Below, piece by piece: positions 55,229 to 64,000 of a stretch of DNA of 64,000 bases. Where the stretch lies: assembly GCA_964304625.1 (NCBI GenBank), contig OZ199838.1, positions 7,799,466-7,863,465 on the forward strand. Direction: 5' to 3'. Source of the stretch: Kudoa neothunni (taxonomy: Eukaryota; Animalia; Cnidaria). The translations under genes were made by a program, and so were the position numbers. A model generated the notes under the pieces. It was not told the origin of the DNA. It ran no database searches and saw only the letters and a list, made by a program, of their open reading frames with translations. Each line of letters opens with the position of its first letter. The stretch's first letter is position 1.

Positions 55229-57702
55229 AACACTATGATCAAAAATACAACAGTAATCTTCTTCGAGATAGTAGTAGTTTATATATATATATATATGATA
55301 AAGTAATTAACTACTATCTTGAGGATTCTAATGCTTGATAATTAAAGGTCATTATTTCGCATTAATAGAATCCCATGGGTATTCTAACAATCGGTTTTAA
55401 AAAAGCAAGTCGCCTAGTAACATAATGTCCATATTATCCGTCGAAAACTCCATTTTGAAAATTGATGCACGATTGTCCCCGACAAACGCCGATGAATCAC
55501 CAAAACTGCAGTTTAGCCAGGGGAGTTTGAGATAATTGATACGGGAGGCACAACCTACCAATATTTTAATCATACTTGCATACTTGCGCAAATGGTGCGA
55601 AAAACACGATACCAAGTCATAGCGACAATTTAGCAGAACAATTATCGCAGAAATGCTCGAGTGTCGCAAAGGGAACATTCAGAGTAGCCAAATAACTTAA
55701 AACAAAAGGTTTCATTTAATCTACTATCATCATAATCCCCATTTTCTATCGACAACCATGTTAAAAAAACAATAGCGTCTTTTCAAAGTCAATGCTTTAT
55801 AACCAACCACACGAAAACTTCGAAACGCGCCATACATTTTGATAGATTGATGCATGTAACTATAATTCAACAGAAGCAGCCCTCAGATTCGCCTTGGTTT
55901 CTCCAAAAATATCAGACGGTAATTCCTAAGTCATCATTTGCTGCTCAAGCTCTGCGCACGACGAAGATACATGTAAATACGAAGGGACCGCGTGGTTTTT
56001 ATTGATTCGGAATTTCGGGAGTATGAAATTTATACACGAGCCTTTCTTAAGCTGGTAAAATGGTTTGAGTTAAGTAAAAAATAATAATCATATATAGAAG
56101 CTTTTTAACAAATATCTGTTACTTGATTCGACAATCGGCTGAGAAAGAATAAGGTCGTTCTAACTCGGATGTACCTTCTGGATATGATATGCGCATCCCT
56201 TGTACATACACTCGCGGTTGCAACGTCGTTCGTTAGTTATCTTTTTTTGTTCGCTCAAAAGTTTTGAAATCGCGATTTCGTTAGTACTCCTTCGAGTATT
56301 CTCCATTATGGTGAAGATCAATGAAATGAAAAACAAAATTGATAGGGTAACTTTTTTCTCTGGAAAAAGTCCGCAACTTGGAGAAAAGAATGGGATAGTT
56401 TTCTCCATATTTTCGAATGAGATAAGGATGAATCATCCCAGCTTTCGTTTACTAAATACATTAAATGTAATTCAATTACTTCACATAATTCCCGCAATGG
56501 AAATAGAAAAACTATCGATCATAATTCAAAATGCACTCCCGTGTCACTAATTACTCAATTTATTCTGATTCTTACTGTATTACCTGTAACAGAAAAGAAT
56601 ATTTTGCATGAGAAAGTTTCAAACTTCGTGGCTGAAAATATGCTAAGTTAATTTTTTGAAAGTCTAAAATAAGTTTCCTAGATTTGATTAAATATGCTTA
56701 TAAATTGGAGGTTAACATGGAGGCAAAACTTTCACAGATAATGTTCCTAACAGAAAGCAAATGAAAAATAATATTTTTAATTAATACAATAAGAATGGAG
56801 TTTTATCCAAGGAAGTTCGTGTTGAACATATCACATCTGTCGATATTTGGTGCGATAATTCCAAAATGAACACGTGATGCGATCAAAGAGTCAGTATTAA
56901 TGGACAATAATAGGAAGGGTATCTGAATCTATTCGTTATCTACGCTGATGTCACAGAAAGGTTGCATATACTTCTCTCTTGCATACGTTCAAGGTTTTCA
57001 ACTAGCATATCATTAATATAAAATGATTCAATTTCCGGTATAATATTCTACACTAGATATTTTTGAATGCGTTGAAAATGTTCTAACTAAAATCCGTAGA
57101 GATAACCAATGTTCGAGTTACTGATGACTCGGTTTCTAATAAGAATGCAAGCATAAATAATTATAGGCATTCTGAATGCGCTGCCCGTAGGTTGAATACG
57201 ATTATATCTGATGATAATATTATTATAATTTTTTACATTACTCCATATTGTTTAATCATTCGTCACTAATTATCTTAAATTTTGAGATTGGAGCAATGCA
57301 ATTTCTGACTCGTAAGAAGACTTGAGCTTTGTTAAAATTAATATGGACATTCTGGTCAATCTTTTAGATAAATGTTAAAACATTTAAAGTAAGTTGGAAG
57401 GAATTCAATGAGGTTCTGTGGCAAGATCCTGGGGCGGCCCCATTGATCGCGATTTATCCCAATTTTCCCAACTACAACGATTTGAGGAATTTGGTCTTAG
57501 ATAAATCCAAAAAATACTACGACCGTATTGTTAAATCCGACCTTGAGAAAAATGCAAAATTCTTAGGTCAATTTAAAAACCATTTAAATGACCTAGAATT
57601 GGTTCGAACACCAAATGTTCATCATGTAATCCGCACATTATTCTATAAAAAATTTCTCTAAAACGGGTCTTATTCTATATTTGGAGGCAGGTTTTCAGAA
57701 TA

Positions 57703-59709
57703 CAGTTTGGCCTCGATATTGCGTGACTCGATATAGCGTAATTAAAGATTTTTCGTTGTTTTCTGTAACAGGTGAGATCGTGACATCCATCATGGCCGCG
57801 GGAATCCGCGTAGTATTAATGGCGGTCACGAACTTGATCGATAGTTGTTGCTGTGAACTTGTCATATTGTTTACTTATTTGCGCTATTACACTTTTTAAC
57901 TTAAAAAGTTTCAAAAAAGTATTCCAATCGATAGATAACATTTTTAAAAGCTCGGTTATTAATTTTTGTTTCAATCAAATTCAAAATTACCGAAATCGAT
58001 AGCCTTGCTATTGCGTGGCGTTTTTGATAAAATGATCCGATTAATCATATATGTAACCCACCAAAATAATGGTAGGACGATCTCAGAGAAGCATAGAAGA
58101 AAAAAATTCAATATTACGACTCGATTAAAACAATATCTGGGCAAAAATGATGACAATGAAGCATTTTAGCCTTCGATAAATCAGGATAGGTCATTCCTCT
58201 CTCGATAGAATGTTGTCAAAAAAAGATGAACTTATTAGTTCAAACGTTTCAATTGACCGAACACGAGTTTCACGGGAAAATACACTCAGATTGAAAGTGA
58301 GTTGTATAATCGGATAGTTAGCATGTGAGAAAAAAAGAAAAACATCTCAAAATTTATAATTAAAGAAAAGACGATGCTTATAGCAAATGATCTTCAAGTC
58401 AAAGATTTTCATTCCAGTAATGGGTAGTTGTGTAATTTCAAAAGACGATTCAGTTTGAAAAATCAAAAAGTTCACGGCGAGGCAGGTAATGCGGATATGA
58501 TGGCAGCTAATGAATGGATTGGACAATATTCGGATGTAATAAGTAATTATAATCATGGAAATATATTTAATCTTGACGAATTTGCTCTTTTTTACGAACA
58601 ACTTCCCACACGTACTTATACAACAAAAGACGAAATCGAAGTGAGGAGTTGTAAACGATCAAAAAAAAAGAGTGACCGTGTTGGTAACTGCATCTTTGGT
58701 TGGAGAAAAACTTCCGCTTTATGTTATTGGTAAGTTTCAAAAACCACGTTGTTTTAAAGAGGTGAATGATTTCCCTTGCAAATATTTCTCTCCAAAAAAT
58801 GGTTGGATGTCAGCAGCTATTGTCTATGAGATACTAAACGATTTGAACAATAAATTTTTTAGAGAAAGTAGAAACATTCTTATGTTATTCGATCAATGCT
58901 CTTCTCACCCTCAATAAATTAATTCATTTACAAACATCAAATTATTATTTCTCCCAAAAAATACAATCAACATCGTGCAGCCAATGGATCTTGGTGTAAT
59001 TAATAGTCTTAAGGTAAACTATAGAAAAATATTGGCGCAAAATCTTATATTTGACGACCATGCTACAAATATTCTGAAATACACCATATTAGATTGCCAA
59101 AATGCACTAAACAATGCTTGGGAAACAGTTAATAATTCAGTTATAATAAATTGTTTCAAAAAATCTCCTATTTACGGTAGTGGTATTTTTGTTGATTTCG
59201 AAATATTTAATATACATACAGAAAATTCATTAATTGATTCAGATTATGAAAATCACGAAATTATTGATGATATTAATAGTTGCTTATCTAGTTTGATTAT
59301 ATTAGATTATCTCGATGACGTTAGCGCTATGGAAGAGGCTGAAACTGTTCATGATGATGCATCTGACAGCTCCAACACAAGAAAATGGAAAAATTCTATA
59401 TGTACTGAAGACCCCGATTTTGATTTGGAAAAAGAAACAATTTCAACGAAGCAACTAAAAGCCTCGATCAGCACAATTAGAAAGGCCTTTATAGCTGAAA
59501 AACCTTCAGCTCTGCTCTCTCTACATCCTGGCATGGTTCACTTATACGAAATATTTAATAAGCAAGCGAGACAAACTAAAATAGATAGCTATTTCATCCA
59601 AAAATAAAAATATTGTCTGCGCTTGCGCAGAATATCGAGATTGCGAATGATCTTGCTACTGCATGGTAAATTGCATTCCCAAAAAACACCCTATATCGAA
59701 GCCTTACTG
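57703..59709 (+). mobile_element. pogo/Tigger transposon
   Basis: TA|cagtttggcctcgatat ... atatcgaagccttactg|TA. Motifs NLDEFALFY, DQCSSH and QPMDLGVI. Confidence 0.92.
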
Positions 59710-60843
59710 TATACGTGATCTGTTCAAAATGTATCGAGACAAGTCCAATATCAAGTATTAAAAGTGTTTTAAACTATATTAAAATTATCAAAATTTATAT
59801 AAAATATATTCATGCGTATTATTTATATATTAGAAAAAAATTGATAGAGAACTAAACGAATTCTAACACATTTTATAAGTTACGATCCAAGTCGACGTCG
59901 CGCGATATAATGTCTGAGAATCAAAAGCTGCGGATTTGTGTAAAGTTTTGCGTTAAATTTGTCAAAATCTCCGCGGAAATATGATATGATTCAAAAGGCA
60001 TTTTTGAACAAGTCTATGAGCCGATCTAGAGTTTATGAGTGGTATAGAAGATTTAAACAGGGAAGAATATCTGTTGAAAGCAATGGTCGCAATGGAAGAT
60101 CCTTATCGAGCAAAAATATTGAATTAATTGAAATTGTAAAAAATTAAATTAATTCAGATAGAAAACTATCCATACGGGAAATTAGTGAAGAAACAGGAAT
60201 TTCACTTGGGTCAGGTCATGCCACGCATTTTTAACGGATGATCTTGGAATGAGATGAATTGCAGCCAAGTTTGTTACACGTTTGCTTACGAAATAACAGA
60301 AAGAAAAACGTTCTGAAATTTGAAGGAATCACTTCCAAAAAGTATTAGAAGATGATAAACTTATGTCTTCTATCATCACCGGCGATGAGACGTGGGTTTA
60401 CTGCTATGACCCAGAAACCAAGTGACAATCATCCGAGTGGAAGACTCTATCATCCCCACGACCGAAGAAAGCGCGGCAAGTTCGAAGTAAAATAAAGGTT
60501 TTACTCACTGTATTTTTTGACACAATGGGAATTATTCATTATGAATATGCACCTGAGGAACAAACAGTAACCAGTGAATTTTACTTGAATGTTCTACGCC
60601 GCCTTAGAGAAGCCATTCGCCAAAAGAGACCAGAAATGTGGAGAAGCGGTAGTTGGATTCTACATCACGATAACGCGCCTGCTCATTCATCCACTAAAAT
60701 TCAACAATTTTTATCCAAGTTTAATATTGAACAACACCAACATCCACCATATTTTCCAGATTTGGAATCCTGTGGCTTTTTTTGTTCTCAAAAATAAAGT
60801 TTCGCTTAAAAGGGAAAAGATTTTCTTCGATTGCCGAAATTAA

Positions 60844-63800
60844 CCCTGCCGATACTGACTGGATTATACCAAGACCTCAAATTGACTATTTTGTTTCTAC
60901 ATTTATGTATTTTTGGTTATTTACTTTGAAATTTCTCAGGTTCCCATATTGTGAGTTTCTATCTAAAAATAAAATTTATAATTTAACGGGTAAAGATTTA
61001 TGCATGAAATAAGACAGTTTTTCAAATCTCATTTAATATTTGTTGTATTATTTTCTAAAGCTCATATATTTATTAAAGTATGATTTTCCCTCGTCAAAAT
61101 CAAAATTTTTGATCCAAACTAAAACGCAAATCGTAAAAAGCGATATTTATTTTTGAATATAATCAACAATAGATTCACGATCATTAATCCCATTAATTAT
61201 TCCATTTGTTTTCGCATATTGTATTGGAGTAACAAAATATTCTGTTTTCCTTGGGTTTCAATATGAGTCCTTACAACAATTTAAAGATTTAGAAAATTCT
61301 CTAATTGTTAGTATAAGAGTTGTAACCAAAGTCAACTAATGCGCGATCAACAACACAGCGGTATGGCGCCACCGCCTTTCAAGCTAACTCGCAGATTTGG
61401 ACCCCGTCCACGACCATTCATTACATCTATCTGAAAATAAATACCGTAATGAAATATTATATACATTTTTTTATAGAATATCCATTCAATCGATAATACA
61501 GTGGGTGACGGCTAATTCGCACTATTTGACGCACGCGCAGAGGATTTCGATCGATTTTATAAGAAATGTGATATTATCCTACTTTTTTAAAATAAAATTT
61601 GTTATTTTCGTTTTCTTAAATCCTTCTTTTTTGAGACTAGAAACATTTCCTCTTATAGTTTGTGAAGATAATTTAAAATATTTGGACCATTCTTAATGAA
61701 GTGCCCCTTTAAATATTCAAAGCATTTCAGCGCTTCTTTCGTGGTATATAACTTTTATTTGTGTGTATTCGGGTTCACAATCAGGCAATTCTTCTACATC
61801 CATGGTTACGCCGTTGTTTCCACGGTTGCCCTCAAATTCACAGACTTGAACGAGTTCTTCTTCATCTTGGTATTTATTGTATTATCTCTGGATCGTCGAT
61901 TTCATCTAAACTTCATGGTTTACAAGTTCGTCTATGTATAATTATTAAGTTTGTAAAAAATAGTAATAAGGATCTTCGTTATCATCGAATCTAAATCCAG
62001 CCTTCTTGAAACAATTGGACATTGTTTGGATCGTTACGTTCTCCCACGATTTTTTTACAAGTATCAACGCATCTAATAAATCAATTGGCTTAAGTTCGAC
62101 ATCATTCTCAACTAAAAATGTAGATCTATGTATTAGATATCTTCTATAAACAGCTTTAAATGAATTAGTAATCCCTTGATCCATAGGTTGCAGAACACTA
62201 GTTGTGTATTTAGGGAAAAATAATAATTCAATATTTGATAATTGTAATGGTGAATGGGAACTCGCATTATCAAGAAATAGCACAATTTTTTTGTTCTGCT
62301 CTTCGAAATTAGCATTTGATTTAACTAAGTATTTCTTAAATATCTCCAAAGTCATCCATGCTTTCTTACTGGAGAAGTAAGGGACTGGGGTATCTTTCAA
62401 ATTTTGAAAACACCTTGGTTTTTCATGATGACCAATCACTAATGGTTCCAATTTTTCGCCTAATAGTGATGCTCCAAATAAAAGCGTAACCTTTTTTTGA
62501 TCGCTTTGAGCATTTTGCATTTACTTCAGTAGATAGAACATAATTTCTTCCAAAATCAGGTTACCATAAATACGTTCGAGTGAATATAACGTATTGTAAA
62601 ATAGTTCTTAAAAAATTCCAATCGATACTTGTCGATGATTGACATAAATTTAATGTTGATATAATTATTTTTTTAACGACATGTAACAAATTAATGATAC
62701 CTTTTGTCGTTTTTGTATAGCTTATATATCTTACTGGGATGTTGCTGACAGAATAGATAGAGCTGTTTCATCAAGGTTGTACACTTGTTCAAATTTATAA
62801 TTTTTCAATATATTTTTTAATTGAAGTTTTCAATCATCGACAGTTTCCATGTTTACCATGTTTGCCTCACCATGAAAATTTAGTCGTCGTAAATTAAATC
62901 TTTCTTTGAATCCACGAAACCAACCATAGCTCATACCTTCCGCTTCTTTATTAATATTTTTTGCAAATTCATTTCGTTTCGAAATAATTTCCAACGACGA
63001 AATTTCCAATTTTTAGACCTCATCCATATTAACTGCTCAAAAACATGTTGATTAATTTCATCATTTGAATCCTTTTTCAAGGTTTTACGATTTCCCTTGA
63101 CTACTCCGGTCTCAGCGGAGCTCTTTATTTCCTCTTTTTTCAATGATATTCCATTCAAAGTTGCAATAGAAGATAAGCCAAAGTGTTTCACTGTGTGACT
63201 TTTAGCATTTTTTGGAGGCTGAATTTCGAAGTATTTAATAATATTATATTTTTCGGTAAGTGTCATCCATTTATGCTTTCTTTGTTCATCCATATTTCTG
63301 TATTAAATGATACCGGCGCGCACTTTGCATCCCTGCTCCGCGAAAATTAGTGCGAATTATCCATTAATGGGTTTAACTCATAAAATTTTCTTATATTTAA
63401 TAGGATGAAACATTTTTAAGTTGTATAATGTCATAATTAATTATTCTACCCATATATATATATATATATATAATGATAAAAATCTCAAGGCTTATTTATT
63501 TTGGCGACAATGAAAAAAGTGCGAATTTTCCATACTGCGAATTAACCGTCACTCACTGTAACACTAATCCTAAATTTTATTATATCACCGATTTTTACCG
63601 AGGAAATGTCTACACACTAATGGATTTATCTGAAGTTTACCGCGTAAATATTCATTTATTCTAGGTTTTCATCCTATCTGATGATGAAAATAAACATTAT
63701 TGATTGTTTAAGAACTGTAAAATATACATTTTTGCTTTTTATTTAACATTATACCAATAATGTTGCTGATAAAAAAATTTATGTAAATAACTCCAGAAAC

Positions 63801-63978
63801 AGCAAGAAACAGCAATCCGATGTATATTTGCTATGGAATTGTTAAGATAGGTGTATTGTTTACAATATATAAAATTGAGATAACTTGAATAAACTGAAAG
63901 CATATTTCGTCTGGGGTCAAGAAATACCCTAGTCAGGCACACGCACGCGTTTTGTTTCGGAAGTTAGTACAGGGAAGG
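60844..63978. mobile_element. piggyBac-type non-autonomous element containing a pogo
   Basis: TTAA|ccctgccgatactgact ... agttagtacagggaagg|TTAA imperfect TIRs. Removal restores the mariner ORF. Confidence 0.82.
61499..63558 (-). mobile_element. pogo/Tigger transposon
   Basis: TA|cagtgggtgacggctaattcgcacta 26-bp TIRs|TA. ORFs 62931-63293 (HTH region) and 61945-62520 (LDNASSH, QPMDQGI). Confidence 0.94.
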
Positions 63979-64000
63979 TTAAACAAAATGCGACGAAGGA

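Larger units (their letters stand above)
59714..64000 (+). mobile_element. mariner (Mos1-like) transposon, interrupted at TTAA and running off the window end
   Basis: TA|cgtgatctgttcaaaa TIR. Motifs VYEWYRRFK, ITGDETWV, HHDNAPAH and HPPYFPDL. The frame resumes after 63982 as FSSIAEIK|QNATK. Confidence 0.9.

Overview
Very AT-rich eukaryotic DNA with short (mostly 37-60 nt) spliceosomal introns, consistent with a compact invertebrate or parasite genome; the organism cannot be named from sequence alone. Three host genes are recognisable: a SPATA5/AFG2 (Drg1)-type double AAA ATPase (5963-10125, -), fibrillarin (16731-17873, -) and an SDR16C-like short-chain dehydrogenase (38165-39325, +). Most of the rest is decayed mobile elements: MULE/Mutator, pogo/Tigger, piggyBac, hAT, Merlin (IS1595/ISXO2-like), Tc1/IS630, mariner, a non-autonomous Helitron and a tRNA-derived SINE. 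Most elements could be delimited by reading TIRs and TSDs, and most sit inside one another, up to four levels deep. The most notable observations are: (1) deep transposon nests whose interrupted ORFs rejoin across the TSDs; (2) a SPATA5/AFG2 protein with a degenerate D1 ATPase module and an intact D2; (3) two copies of a dead MULE with a compound hairpin terminus and patchy divergence, suggesting gene conversion or an assembly artefact; (4) transposase genes carrying host-type short introns; (5) four distinct Merlin lineages; (6) a probable GC-AG intron in fibrillarin. I found no clear evidence of an entirely new biological system. All exon models, alignments and mismatch counts were done by eye.
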